This document shows positions 27,931 to 38,477 of a stretch of DNA of 64,000 nucleotides, one piece after another; positions within the stretch are counted from its first letter, which is position 1, and each line of letters starts with the position of its first letter. The position numbers were made by a program, and so were the translations under genes. The DNA comes from a virus. Taxonomy: Duplodnaviria > Caudoviricetes. The stretch is from positions 32,001 to 96,000 of IMG/VR virus record IMGVR_UViG_2728369482_000003. One strand, written 5' to 3'. The notes beneath the pieces are model-generated. The model had not been told where the DNA came from, ran no database searches, and worked only from the letters and a program-made list of their open reading frames with translations.

Positions 27931-30558
27931 ATGGCCGTTTCGTTTATTTCCCGAACCCTTTCTTCCCCCGACTACATTGCTCCGCTGGATCAGAACCTGG
28001 TATTCCAAAGTCTGATCACCCGCCAGCAGGCCTACGATAAGGGGGTACAGCAGGTGGATAGTCTACTGGAGAATCTGTCTTCCCAGCCCATCTACAACCA
28101 GGGTCACAAAGCCTACTACGAGCAGAAGGTAGGACAGCTCACCGACCAGCTCAACCGATTGGGGGGAGCCGACTTTTCCGACCGAACCACCCTGCAGCAG
28201 ATCGGACAACTCTCGGGACTAGTCAGCCGGGACGGGCGGATTTTGTCAGCCATCGAAGACGGTAAACGAATTCAGCAGGCCCGCCAGCAGATCGATACCT
28301 GGAAAGCCGACCCCAAAAAGTATCCCGGGCAGTACGCTCCCCAGAACGAGTGGCTGCTGGGCCAGCAGATTCAGGCCTACAGTACCGATTCATCCGAGGG
28401 AGCCCGTTTTCAGGGCGGGGCTACCCCCTACGTCAACCACCGGAAAATCATCGGGGACCGGGTGCTGCAGATTCAGAAACAGATTGCTCAGACGGGGGGC
28501 TACGATACACTGGTCGGTGGCAAGCAGCAGTTTATCCAGACCACCAAAGCCCTAACCCCGCTGCAGATCCAGCAGATCGTTCAGGGAGAATTGGCCGGAG
28601 ATCCTGCTCTGATGAACCAGCTCCAGATCGATGCCCAGTACGAAGCCCGGAACCTGCCGACCGATACACCCAGCTACCAGCGGGCCCGTCTGGCTCAGCT
28701 GACCTCGGCCCGGGACCGATTGGCCAAACAGGCCGATGACTATAACTCAGAGGGATTATTGGCTCTGACGACGGGATCTCCCGCCCAGCAGGAAGCCGCC
28801 CGGACTGAGCACCAGCAGCAGCTCAAACAGATCAGCCGGCAGATGCGGGCTTATGAAGAACAGATCCGGGCCGTTGGCTCCCAGAGTCGGGACGAAGCCG
28901 TGCTGGGGATGCACCTGGACAGCTACGTAACGGGCCTTCAAGCCGAGTACGGCTTTGAAAGTCGGAAACTTCAGGCTAACCCGATTTACGGGGTGGAGCT
29001 GGCCCACCAGGACCGGCAGGCCGCCCTTGAGCAGGCGGGTAGTCAGTTCCGAATCCGGGAGCAGAACGAAAACGACCGGTTTCTCTACGGCTGGAAAAAA
29101 CAGGACGAACACCTGGACAAACAGCAGGCCTTTCAGCGGGAACAGAAACTCCTGGACCTGGAAGCTAAAACGGGTCTACAGGCTAACGGAGATGGTTCGT
29201 ATTCTACCCCGGATACAGCCTTTAAAGCCGTGGACCTGGGAGCTTCCCAGGTAACGACGACCAGTCTGGAAGCCATGCAGGCCCAGAGTCAGTCGGACGC
29301 CCGGGCCCAGAACGGCCGGATTCTGGATCTGGTGGTTAGTTACGTAGGTAACGGAGACCTGCAGAAGATGGCCGGACTCCGGGCCCAGCTAACGGTCAGT
29401 ACGGATAGTGACGGCAATATCAATGGGATCAAATACCCCAAATCGGTGGCTCCCAACGTAGCCGTTGCCGCCCGGCAGATCGTGGATGATTACCACCAGT
29501 ATCTGCAGGGTAACGGTCATAACCCGGACCTGATTCGGCAGCTCAAACCCGAGCAGCGAGCCATGCTCCAGCAGATCGAAGTCGGAGCCGCCCAAAACCG
29601 GATTGCCCAGCAGCAGTACAAAGACATCGAACAGCAGGCCATTCGGGAATCCGGTATGACCCAGGCTGAGCTAAACCGGATGAACCAGCTCCGGCTGGAA
29701 AAAGCCCGTAACCCCCAGCTGTTTTCAACGGCTACACCCGTACCCGGCGGGGGTGGACTGGCCATAACCAGCTCGGCTAAAGCCCAGGAACTGGCCAGTC
29801 TGGAAGCCCGCTTCAAACCCGCCCAGCAGACGGTAATCGAGCAACTGGGTAAATCAGGTATTTATAACCGGGGGTTTCTGGTGACGGGAGACGCGGCCAA
29901 AAAAGACTCCGATCTCTACCGAATCGTCAAACACCGGATCGACCAGCAGGCCGTTGACCCGGCGGGAGCCACCAACAGCCAGCTCCGGGCCATTCAGTCT
30001 CAGCTGGAAAACGGGGAGATTACCCAGATGGTGGTACTGAAAGATTCCCAGCAGATCGAAGTATCGGGCTTTACCAAAAACGGAGAGGAGAAAGTACCCT
30101 TTAAGGCCCGGGTCGATTTCATGGGCTCCGCCGACTGGAATGCGGTACTGTCCGATAAACTCCGTACGGAACAGGGTGGCGGACAGAAAGCCCTGCTATC
30201 CGAGCTGGATAAAAAAGGGGCCCTGCTGGCTGGTAAACGGGCCGTAGCCTTTGCTCCGGTTCAGAGTCAGCTGGCCTTCTCGGTATCACCGGTTAAAACG
30301 AGTAGTGGCTACGGACTGGGTCTACTCTACCAGGGTAAACAGATTCCGATTCCACCCTACTTTAAAAACGGGGTTCCCTTTATTCCAACCGTGTTCCAGC
30401 AGAAACCCATCCAGTTCGTCTCGGGCGGTTTGGATAACTGGTCATCGACCAACATCGAACGGCAGCTTAAAGCCCGCTACGGAGCTACTGACCCGGCCTA
30501 CAAACCGACCATTCACGATTTTTACCGCTTCATCACCGATCCCGAACTCTTCCCCTAA
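27931..30558 (+). CDS. Virion cargo/ejection protein
   Basis: 875 aa; YI.P....L...L..RQQ.YD N-terminus typical of crAss cargo proteins; coiled coils. Confidence 0.7.
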   Translation: MAVSFISRTLSSPDYIAPLDQNLVFQSLITRQQAYDKGVQQVDSLLENLSSQPIYNQGHKAYYEQKVGQLTDQLNRLGGADFSDRTTLQQIGQLSGLVSRDGRILSAIEDGKRIQQARQQIDTWKADPKKYPGQYAPQNEWLLGQQIQAYSTDSSEGARFQGGATPYVNHRKIIGDRVLQIQKQIAQTGGYDTLVGGKQQFIQTTKALTPLQIQQIVQGELAGDPALMNQLQIDAQYEARNLPTDTPSYQRARLAQLTSARDRLAKQADDYNSEGLLALTTGSPAQQEAARTEHQQQLKQISRQMRAYEEQIRAVGSQSRDEAVLGMHLDSYVTGLQAEYGFESRKLQANPIYGVELAHQDRQAALEQAGSQFRIREQNENDRFLYGWKKQDEHLDKQQAFQREQKLLDLEAKTGLQANGDGSYSTPDTAFKAVDLGASQVTTTSLEAMQAQSQSDARAQNGRILDLVVSYVGNGDLQKMAGLRAQLTVSTDSDGNINGIKYPKSVAPNVAVAARQIVDDYHQYLQGNGHNPDLIRQLKPEQRAMLQQIEVGAAQNRIAQQQYKDIEQQAIRESGMTQAELNRMNQLRLEKARNPQLFSTATPVPGGGGLAITSSAKAQELASLEARFKPAQQTVIEQLGKSGIYNRGFLVTGDAAKKDSDLYRIVKHRIDQQAVDPAGATNSQLRAIQSQLENGEITQMVVLKDSQQIEVSGFTKNGEEKVPFKARVDFMGSADWNAVLSDKLRTEQGGGQKALLSELDKKGALLAGKRAVAFAPVQSQLAFSVSPVKTSSGYGLGLLYQGKQIPIPPYFKNGVPFIPTVFQQKPIQFVSGGLDNWSSTNIERQLKARYGATDPAYKPTIHDFYRFITDPELFP

Positions 30559-30561
30559 GCC

Positions 30562-31032
30562 ATGATCGATTCACAAGTTGAAAAACAGGAACTAAACCTG
30601 TACCTGAACCGGACCTACTATCCAACCGGTACCAACGGATCATTAACCGACGGAATGCGGGAAATCAGTAAAACCATCGAACTACCCTGGAAGGATAACC
30701 AGCCCCGCATCAGCTGTATACCGGAAGGAACCTACCCGGTAGTGATCTATAATTCACCCAAACACGGTCCGAGCCTGCTGCTGAAGAAAGTACCCGGCCG
30801 CTCGATGATCGAAGTCCATTCGGCCAACTGGGCCATGGGAAAAGACGGTACCGGTAAAACCCCGCAGCTGCTGGGCTGCATTGCCCCGGTGACCCAGCTG
30901 GATACCGAGACGGGTGGTCGGCCCGGCGTGGGCTGGAACTCCGGTAAAGCCCTGGAAAAAGTCGAAGCCCTGACCTTCCCTGTTATCAAGGCCGGTGGTC
31001 AGGTATTTCTCCACATCCGTAAAGCCGCTTAA
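30562..31032 (+). CDS. DUF5675-like protein, putative endolysin/peptidase
   Basis: GTNGSL, TIELPW..N, SCIPEGTY, VPGRS.I..H..N and GCI motifs. Confidence 0.8.
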   Translation: MIDSQVEKQELNLYLNRTYYPTGTNGSLTDGMREISKTIELPWKDNQPRISCIPEGTYPVVIYNSPKHGPSLLLKKVPGRSMIEVHSANWAMGKDGTGKTPQLLGCIAPVTQLDTETGGRPGVGWNSGKALEKVEALTFPVIKAGGQVFLHIRKAA

Positions 31033-34000
31033 TGAATCCCCAGGCCCCAACACCACCTAACCCTGTATTTGATCCGAACAGGGTTCCATTCGAAGGAGCC
31101 GGTGAGCCAAAACCCCTGCCCCTGTCTCCCCTGGAGATTGCCAGCAGCATTTCGGCTCCGCTGATTAAGGAAGCCGCCCGGAAACCCAGTCCGGCGGATA
31201 CCCTGCTGAAGCTGGGTCAGTCGGAAATGCTCACCGGCCGGGAAGCCCAGGAAGCCAGCCGGTACACCGACGGAGGTAACACCTACCTGCGGGGCCGGGA
31301 TAACGAAGCCGTGGCTGCCGCCGGGCAGGGGTTCTGGAGCCGGACCTGGAACGATACCAAAGCTCTGGTGGGTATTACCGGCTCCTCGATCCTGCAGGCT
31401 CCCCTAGCCATCCCCCAGCTGGTTAAAGCCGGGGTGAGTCTTTTGCAGGGAGAAGGAATCGACAAAGCCCTGGACTACGCTCGGGGTGAAGAAGGTTCCT
31501 GGATGCGGGGTCTATCGGACTGGCAGGATCAGCTGAACCAGGATACGACTAACTACAGCTCCAGCTGGGCCCGGGAGAATCCCTGGAAGAATTTAATTCC
31601 CGGTTACGGCGGAGAAGGCGGTACGGACTTTGGTAGCTTGGTTCGCTCGGGTGGGTTTGTGCTGTCAGGCATTGCTACCAGTCTGGCCGAGGGAGCCCTG
31701 GGGGCGGCTTTAGCTCCGGTAACCGGCGGAATTTCTCTGGCTGCCGTTGGTGTCGATCTGACGGGTAAACTCGTCCGGGGTTTCAAGGCTTTATCAACCA
31801 TCGGAAAAAGTCTGGATAAGCTGGATGATGCGCTACGGCTCAAACGGGAAGCCGAAGGAGTTCTCCACGGGGTAGACACCATTCAGGGGTTGGGTAAGCT
31901 CTGGAGTGGAATTGATACGCCACTGGGTAATCTCTCCACCCGATCGGCCCTGCACGGTTTCTTGCTGGCTAATTCCGAAGCCAGTCTGGAAGGCTACGGA
32001 GCCGAGAAGGAACTGGAGCGGACCCTGCTGGATCAATACTACCAGCAGACGGGGCAGGAAGCCACGGGAGAAGCCCGGAGCCGGATTCAGTCGGTGGCTC
32101 AGCAGGCCGGTAACAGTACCTACCTGTGGAATCACGCCTTACTGGGAGTGAGCAACAAGTTTCAGATCGATTCGATCCTGAAAAACTTCTCGGCCACCAA
32201 ACAATTGTTTTCCGGACTGGAAGGTGATCTGTACCGGGCCGAACGAAAGACAGGTACCAATGTATTCGAAGCCGTTCGGCAAGGTAGTAAACCACTGATC
32301 AGTTCGGCTCCCGAAGGAGCCAGCTGGTTCAGCCGGGGTTTAGGAGCCGGTAAAGCCGTGGGTACCCAGGGCCTGCTGAGTCTGTCCGAAGGTCTGGAAG
32401 AAAGCCTGCAGAAAGCCGTTACCGACGGAACCCAGAGCTACTACCAGTACAAATACAACCACGGTGGTAAAGCTGATTTGCAGAACGGACTCGATGCGGC
32501 CACCCATGGGCTGTCGGAAGCTTTCGGGACCAGCTCAGGCTGGACCGAGTTCATCGGCGGAATGCTGATTGGTTCTCTCTTTGGTGGGGGCAGTAAGGCC
32601 CTCTTCGACTGGCGGTCGGCTCCCGGCCAGCAGAAACGGGCCGAAGCCCTGGCCCAACAGTTCAACCTGTCGATGCCGGACTTTCAGCGGGTTATTCAGC
32701 AGCAGCTGACGGGTAGTCTGGCCGGAGCCGATCTGTTGACCAAAGGAGCCGAGACCAACGCGGTGTTGGGAGCCAGTTCCGTGGGAGCCCAGGCGGCCAG
32801 CCAGGGCCAGCAGCGGATTTTTCAGAACCAGAAAAACTCGGCCGAGTTTTCGTTTCTGTATCCCTTCGTCCGGCAGGGAGCTGATTCGGTACTGAAAGAA
32901 CAACTGGATTCCTTTAAACAGGACATCGAAAAACGGCCCGACGAATTCCGGCAGGCCTACGGTATTGACGGCTCGGTACCAACCGATAAACTCCGGGGAA
33001 TCATCGATCACCTGGGTACCAAACTGGAAAGCCTTCAGCGGGCCCATGATCGTTACGCTCCGCTGTTTATCAACCCGTATAAGAAGGACCCCTCGTCGGA
33101 AGACTACCGTGACTTTGAAGCCTACCGGGCCGAGCTGCTCCACAACGATTACCTCCGGCAGAGCTACGGGGAGCGGATAGCCAAGCTTCAGGGTAAAACC
33201 AGCCTGCTGGGGGAAACCGACTGGACGTCCCCTGCTGGCTGGAAAGCCCGGAAGGGACAAATCAGTAACCGGCTGACCGAGCTGGACAGCTTGATCAGTC
33301 TGGCCAAGCAAAGCCTGGCTCCTACTGGTGACCGAACCAACCCGACGGATGAGGAAGTAGCCCGGGTGGACCGGCAGCTTCGTTCTCAGCAACGGGCTGA
33401 ACGGGAAGAGCTGGAAGCCCGGCTGTCGGCCATCGAGCAGATTCAAACGGGTAACTTTACCGACTATGACGCCGTACTGGATACGATCAAGGCCGAGCTG
33501 ACCCATCCGGACATGGGTACGGGTCTACCGAAAACGATCACCCATACCGAACTGGCCCAGCTGCTACAGGACCGCTACGACGTCGGGGAGCTTCAGGCTT
33601 CGATCGATAAGCTGACCGAGTTATTCAACGGATTGAGCAGCCGGAAGGGCTTCGAGGATTACCGGGTAACTACGGATCGGTACCGGGCTAAACAGGTTCA
33701 AAAGGAACTGGAAAAACTCCTGTCCAGCCGGACGGCCCTGCGGGATGAAATCGTGGGTCAGTTCGATTCAGTAGCCGATGCCGAATTGCACCTGGGTTCC
33801 CTGGATGAGCTGACGGCCCGCTACGGATCCGACTACAACCAGAATCCGGACTCGGTTCGTACGGAGCTGGGGCAACTGATTACCGAAAAGAAAGCCGAAA
33901 AAGCGGACGAAAAAGCCCGGCGGGATGACGAGATCCGGATTCTATCCGAACTGGTTAAAGGGGATCCCCGGGTGGCTGCCGTTCAGAGCCGGGCCGATCA

Positions 34001-36470
34001 GACCGGAGCCGAACTGACAAAACTTATCGAGGCCCAGACGGGTAAACCGGGCGAAGATCCCTTGACCCTATCCCAGACAATTGTCCGGCAGTACGAGACA
34101 AAATTCCCGGTAACGTCAGAGACGGTTTCCGATACGGACTGGAATCAGTTCGTCGATACCGGAAAATTACCGGTTGGTTCAACCGTAGTTGACAAACTAA
34201 TTCAGAAAATTAAACTGGGTCAACCGCTGGATCAGCGGGAAACCTCCCTGTACGGAGAACCGGCTATTGCCAAACAGGTAGAAGCAGCTCTAAAACAGGC
34301 GGCTGAAAAACCCAAGGCTCCATCCCTGTTTGATCTGGGTACAGCGAGTACCGAAGATGACTCAGAGAAAGTTGAATCCATTCCCAAACCGGTTGACAAA
34401 AATACGACATCAGACCTCGTCACATCCGCTGAAGCTCAACCGGTTAAGCCGATTCGTAGTCTGTTCGATCTGGGAACACCCGGAGAAGTCGAGGATGAAG
34501 CTAATCCGGTATTCGATCCGATCAAACACGGATTGAAGCTGGGTATCACCCCAATCGAACGGGAACGGCTGAATCCCGAGCAATTGACAGTACTGGATAA
34601 AGCTAAGACCATCAATCCGGCAATCGAGGAACTCTACACCCGGCTGGGACGTCCGGCTATGAAGCCCGGTAGTCTGGCCAACAAGTTCAACACGACCGGA
34701 ATGCTGCTCTTCGACGGTAAGCCCATCTACGCCGACCCGGACAAGCTGGAAACGGATCCGGTTCTGCGGGCTGAATGGGAAAAAGTGGTAAACAGCCGGC
34801 AGAATCTGATACGGGCTCAATCGGCAGGTACACCCCTATCGCAACTGTTGGACTGGTCAGTACTGGACCGGCAGCAGGCGGGACTATCGGACGAAGCTAC
34901 GACGCTGTCGATGGATCCAGGCCTGCAGCGAAGTTCGGTTCCCTACTACCTGGTGGGCCGGGACAAGCAGTCCGGGGTCGGCAGTCTGGTGATTCCCTTA
35001 TCGGAGAGTTTACGGGTTAATTCGTTTGTCCTGCCGATGCTACTGGAACAGCCTGGCTTCTCGCCGGCCCAGCTAAGTCAGCTACGGGAACTGGGACCGG
35101 AAAATCCGCTATTGACCCAGGTTCTATCGATTACGGGAGAGCCAGGTTACCGATTCTTACAGAAGGCCCGGCTAGTCAATGCCGTGGAAAGCTTCGGGGA
35201 GTACATGGCCGCTGCCGAACGATTCAACCGGGATACCGGGCAATTGACGGGTTTGCTGGATAATGGACAGGTTAGTCCGGAGCTGGTTCATCAGCTGGAC
35301 CGGCTGCAGCTGGAACTGGCCGCCAGTAAACCCTTTACCGATCAGGGCCTGGTACCGGTAACGGAGATGGGTTTTGGAATCGATGGAAAACACCTGATCG
35401 TCCGTAAGAGCCGAACCGAATCGGGAGTTGTTGAAATTAAACAGGTAGCTTCCACTTTGGATAACGATGTTACTATTGATGAAGAAGCGTTTGCCAGCTG
35501 GCAACCAGTGATCCAGCAGAGCCTGCAGAATTACCAGGCGGCCCGGGTCAATGATCTCTACGACGGGTATTACTACATCAGCAGCCCCTCATCGAGCAGT
35601 AACTACGTGTACGGCTTTCGGGTAGTATCGCCCGACGGGATGGCTAAGCTGGAACAACTGATTCAGCGGGGTGAATCGTTTAGTCCTCAGGAGCAGTCGT
35701 TCTATCTATCAATCGGGCAAAAAGAGTACCGGCTGGAAGTCCGGGGGGATAAACTGAATGAAGGTAAACTGAGTCTACAGCTGCAACCGGCCGATCTGGA
35801 TGGGAAACTAAGTAAGACTGAAAAGCAGCAGCAGACCTGGTATTCCCCCTCGATCGACGTAGCCGGGGTTCGGTCGGGTCAGAAAAAACTGCTGGACGAG
35901 CTAAACCGGGTAGCCGGTGAACTAAAACAGAAAGACGGGAAAGCTACGCCCATCAAACCGATAATCAGTCAGGTTCAGCTGGACGAAGCCGATCGGTATA
36001 AACGCATGGTTCAGATCAGCTCTCCGGCCGTATTCCGCCGGGCCGATCTTCGGTGGAACCTGTTGCAGCCGGCCGGGGACGAAATCGTGTTGAATCTGCC
36101 GGTAAAGCCGGTTGTTCAGACGGGTATGGAACAGCTACCTGCCGTATCAGGGTCTTCTCCGGAGAACTCGTTTATTCATTCAAGTCTACAATCATTATTG
36201 GATCAGGGTGTAAGTCTCGATCTATTGAAAGCAGTATCGGAATGGATAAATGAGAATCCAACGGATATTGTTAATCTTTCGGGAATGACATTTACGGTAG
36301 ACGATTTATTGGAGCTTGATCCAACAGACGAAGATCAAGTAGCTGCTGTATATAACGATATGACCAGTGTACAAACAGGTAGCTGGCACCCAACTCCGAC
36401 AACCCGGCTGCAACAGAGTCCGGACAACCTGGATCAGATCGTTGACCGTTTAATAAAGCAGTGCCACTGA
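31032..36470 (+). CDS. Giant virion cargo protein 1 (membrane-channel-forming type)
   Basis: 1812 aa; Gly/Ala hydrophobic segments, SEGLEESLQ motif, long coiled coils; first of three giant genes. Confidence 0.75.
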   Translation: MNPQAPTPPNPVFDPNRVPFEGAGEPKPLPLSPLEIASSISAPLIKEAARKPSPADTLLKLGQSEMLTGREAQEASRYTDGGNTYLRGRDNEAVAAAGQGFWSRTWNDTKALVGITGSSILQAPLAIPQLVKAGVSLLQGEGIDKALDYARGEEGSWMRGLSDWQDQLNQDTTNYSSSWARENPWKNLIPGYGGEGGTDFGSLVRSGGFVLSGIATSLAEGALGAALAPVTGGISLAAVGVDLTGKLVRGFKALSTIGKSLDKLDDALRLKREAEGVLHGVDTIQGLGKLWSGIDTPLGNLSTRSALHGFLLANSEASLEGYGAEKELERTLLDQYYQQTGQEATGEARSRIQSVAQQAGNSTYLWNHALLGVSNKFQIDSILKNFSATKQLFSGLEGDLYRAERKTGTNVFEAVRQGSKPLISSAPEGASWFSRGLGAGKAVGTQGLLSLSEGLEESLQKAVTDGTQSYYQYKYNHGGKADLQNGLDAATHGLSEAFGTSSGWTEFIGGMLIGSLFGGGSKALFDWRSAPGQQKRAEALAQQFNLSMPDFQRVIQQQLTGSLAGADLLTKGAETNAVLGASSVGAQAASQGQQRIFQNQKNSAEFSFLYPFVRQGADSVLKEQLDSFKQDIEKRPDEFRQAYGIDGSVPTDKLRGIIDHLGTKLESLQRAHDRYAPLFINPYKKDPSSEDYRDFEAYRAELLHNDYLRQSYGERIAKLQGKTSLLGETDWTSPAGWKARKGQISNRLTELDSLISLAKQSLAPTGDRTNPTDEEVARVDRQLRSQQRAEREELEARLSAIEQIQTGNFTDYDAVLDTIKAELTHPDMGTGLPKTITHTELAQLLQDRYDVGELQASIDKLTELFNGLSSRKGFEDYRVTTDRYRAKQVQKELEKLLSSRTALRDEIVGQFDSVADAELHLGSLDELTARYGSDYNQNPDSVRTELGQLITEKKAEKADEKARRDDEIRILSELVKGDPRVAAVQSRADQTGAELTKLIEAQTGKPGEDPLTLSQTIVRQYETKFPVTSETVSDTDWNQFVDTGKLPVGSTVVDKLIQKIKLGQPLDQRETSLYGEPAIAKQVEAALKQAAEKPKAPSLFDLGTASTEDDSEKVESIPKPVDKNTTSDLVTSAEAQPVKPIRSLFDLGTPGEVEDEANPVFDPIKHGLKLGITPIERERLNPEQLTVLDKAKTINPAIEELYTRLGRPAMKPGSLANKFNTTGMLLFDGKPIYADPDKLETDPVLRAEWEKVVNSRQNLIRAQSAGTPLSQLLDWSVLDRQQAGLSDEATTLSMDPGLQRSSVPYYLVGRDKQSGVGSLVIPLSESLRVNSFVLPMLLEQPGFSPAQLSQLRELGPENPLLTQVLSITGEPGYRFLQKARLVNAVESFGEYMAAAERFNRDTGQLTGLLDNGQVSPELVHQLDRLQLELAASKPFTDQGLVPVTEMGFGIDGKHLIVRKSRTESGVVEIKQVASTLDNDVTIDEEAFASWQPVIQQSLQNYQAARVNDLYDGYYYISSPSSSSNYVYGFRVVSPDGMAKLEQLIQRGESFSPQEQSFYLSIGQKEYRLEVRGDKLNEGKLSLQLQPADLDGKLSKTEKQQQTWYSPSIDVAGVRSGQKKLLDELNRVAGELKQKDGKATPIKPIISQVQLDEADRYKRMVQISSPAVFRRADLRWNLLQPAGDEIVLNLPVKPVVQTGMEQLPAVSGSSPENSFIHSSLQSLLDQGVSLDLLKAVSEWINENPTDIVNLSGMTFTVDDLLELDPTDEDQVAAVYNDMTSVQTGSWHPTPTTRLQQSPDNLDQIVDRLIKQCH

Positions 36471-36495
36471 GTCTGTTGATTTTTTACCGTTCGAT

Positions 36496-36536
36496 AAAAG
36501 AGCCTACCGATGTAACTATCTGGTAGGCTTATTTTT
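36496..36536 (+). terminator. Intrinsic terminator
   Basis: AGCCTACC...GGTAGGCT stem flanked by A and T tracts. Confidence 0.7.
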
Positions 36537-36568
36537 AAGCAATACATACTAGAATAAATACGACTGTT

Positions 36569-37639
36569 ATGGGCACATATCCTTTGATTGTAATTCCTTC
36601 AGTAATCAACAAAATCATTCTAGGTGATATACCAATTAACCCTCCTCCACGACTTCCTACTAAACCAACTATACCAACCGAACCGAAGAAACCGGATTTA
36701 AAGCCTATAGCTGATTTTCCATTATTGGTTTTGATGAAGTATGGATCCTTCATTACAGGATTTGCTTCATTCATTATTTTTGTCATCAATTTATTAAATT
36801 TAGAAAGAACTGGACGCTTTACTTTACTACCTACCCTATTATTTATATTCTTTGGCTGGAGATTATCTCGCTATATAACCAACAAGAAATTAGATGTCAT
36901 TATAGACAACCAATACTTAGAAAGTAATTACGAATCAGACGTTGAGAATTATAAAACCTTTGAATTACCCCAATATCAAAAAAACGTTCAACACTATCGT
37001 ACGTTATACGATTCATACAAAATTACCAAAAAGAGATGGGAAGAAGAGTTAACAAAAAGAGAAGATGAAAAATATAAAGCAAGTTTGAAAACTGAATTAA
37101 TTACAATTCTACTAAAAGGTTCAAAAACACTTATTAAAAATAAAAAGAGAATAATTAAAGGAACTTCTGAGGAATTATTTTTATATTCATTAAATACACA
37201 TTTTCCAGGAAAAATATTAACCGGTTTTAGTATACCTGTGGCGGGGGAAGATTATTTATATACACCCGACTTTATTCTATTTGAAAAAGAACTTAATCTG
37301 TATATCGACATAGAAATAGATGAGCCCTACGTTGGCCGTACCGGAGAGCCCATCCATTTTATAGAATCTTCTGATCAAGTACGGGATGCCTGTTTTATAG
37401 AAAACAATTGGATTGTCGTTCGTTTTACCGAAAAACAGGTTTACGGGTCACCAACGGCTTGTTGCCATGAAATAGCTCGTGTAGTTAATCAGATCAAACC
37501 TATCTATGATTGGGCTGACCCGAGTATTACTGTAACCGTAGAACCACAGTGGACACTACAAGAAGCCATTCAAATGGCTAAGGATAATAGCCGAAATAAA
37601 TATTTACCTTTTTTCAACTGGTTTTCACCAGTTAAATAA
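36569..37639 (+). CDS. Membrane-anchored PD-(D/E)xK (DUF559/Vsr-like) nuclease-domain protein
   Basis: Two TM helices, a coiled coil, then YTPDF..IDIEIDEPY..H..D..RD..W.V.RF.E; very AT-rich. Confidence 0.7.
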   Translation: MGTYPLIVIPSVINKIILGDIPINPPPRLPTKPTIPTEPKKPDLKPIADFPLLVLMKYGSFITGFASFIIFVINLLNLERTGRFTLLPTLLFIFFGWRLSRYITNKKLDVIIDNQYLESNYESDVENYKTFELPQYQKNVQHYRTLYDSYKITKKRWEEELTKREDEKYKASLKTELITILLKGSKTLIKNKKRIIKGTSEELFLYSLNTHFPGKILTGFSIPVAGEDYLYTPDFILFEKELNLYIDIEIDEPYVGRTGEPIHFIESSDQVRDACFIENNWIVVRFTEKQVYGSPTACCHEIARVVNQIKPIYDWADPSITVTVEPQWTLQEAIQMAKDNSRNKYLPFFNWFSPVK

Positions 37640-37641
37640 CG

Positions 37642-38040
37642 TTATTGTTTATTTCCTGTGACAGTCGTTGTTGTATACGCTTTATCACTATCTGTATTAG
37701 CTATACTACCAGTAACGGCTGTGTAGCTAAAACCATTTTCGGTAAATTCTCCTGTCAATTTTTGATTGGTATAACTGGGATCTCCAGTAAATGTTTTACC
37801 ATTCATAATAAGTTCTTGTCCACCCAGTTGTGAACTAGTTAATAAAAGACGATCCTGAGAAGAGCCTTTCTTTATATCAACCGAACTAACCCCTTGTTGG
37901 GTGTTATAAATAGTACTATTGATTGATACAACCTGTTGATAACGTATGGAATACGTACCCGTATAATCCGGCGTAGCTTCAGTGGATTTACAGCTACTAC
38001 CCAGCACAACGGGTAATAGCAGATAATACAGCTTTTTCAT
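37642..38040 (-). CDS. Lipoprotein
   Basis: MKKLYYLLLPVVLGSSC signal peptide II with lipobox Cys. Confidence 0.75.
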   Translation of the reverse strand: MKKLYYLLLPVVLGSSCKSTEATPDYTGTYSIRYQQVVSINSTIYNTQQGVSSVDIKKGSSQDRLLLTSSQLGGQELIMNGKTFTGDPSYTNQKLTGEFTENGFSYTAVTGSIANTDSDKAYTTTTVTGNKQ

Positions 38041-38042
38041 AG

Positions 38043-38393
38043 TTAAGTGGTTTGTTTGTAACCTATATATTCATATTGGGATTCGGGAATGTTTTTCTGG
38101 TTTTGATCTATAAGACTGATTACACTTGTAAATCGTAAACCTTCATCGGTAAAGGTTCCAACAATACTCGGATTAGGAATTTCAGGATCGTGTACAAATT
38201 CATTACCTGTTAATACAACCTCAAATAGTTCTTCATTATCAGGAATCATGAGTAATCTGTTTTTAGATGATCCCCGTTTGATAGTTAACTGTGAGACCGA
38301 TCGTGTAACATAATTGATATTTACCGGAAATAAGGTCTTTTTTGAACACCTGACGGTATACGTACCCAGGTATTGGTTGATATCTTCGTTCAT
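38043..38393 (-). CDS. Signal-less paralog of the adjacent lipoprotein
   Basis: Shares Y.GTY..R, IK.GSS..RLL, G..F..DP and G.FT..G with 37642..38040. Confidence 0.7.
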   Translation of the reverse strand: MNEDINQYLGTYTVRCSKKTLFPVNINYVTRSVSQLTIKRGSSKNRLLMIPDNEELFEVVLTGNEFVHDPEIPNPSIVGTFTDEGLRFTSVISLIDQNQKNIPESQYEYIGYKQTT

Positions 38394-38477
38394 TGGGTTG
38401 ATAAGTAAGTAACCATTGTTCTCCTGATCTCAGGATCAATGGTAGTACTACTTACTCACGAAGTCAACTCCTATTGA

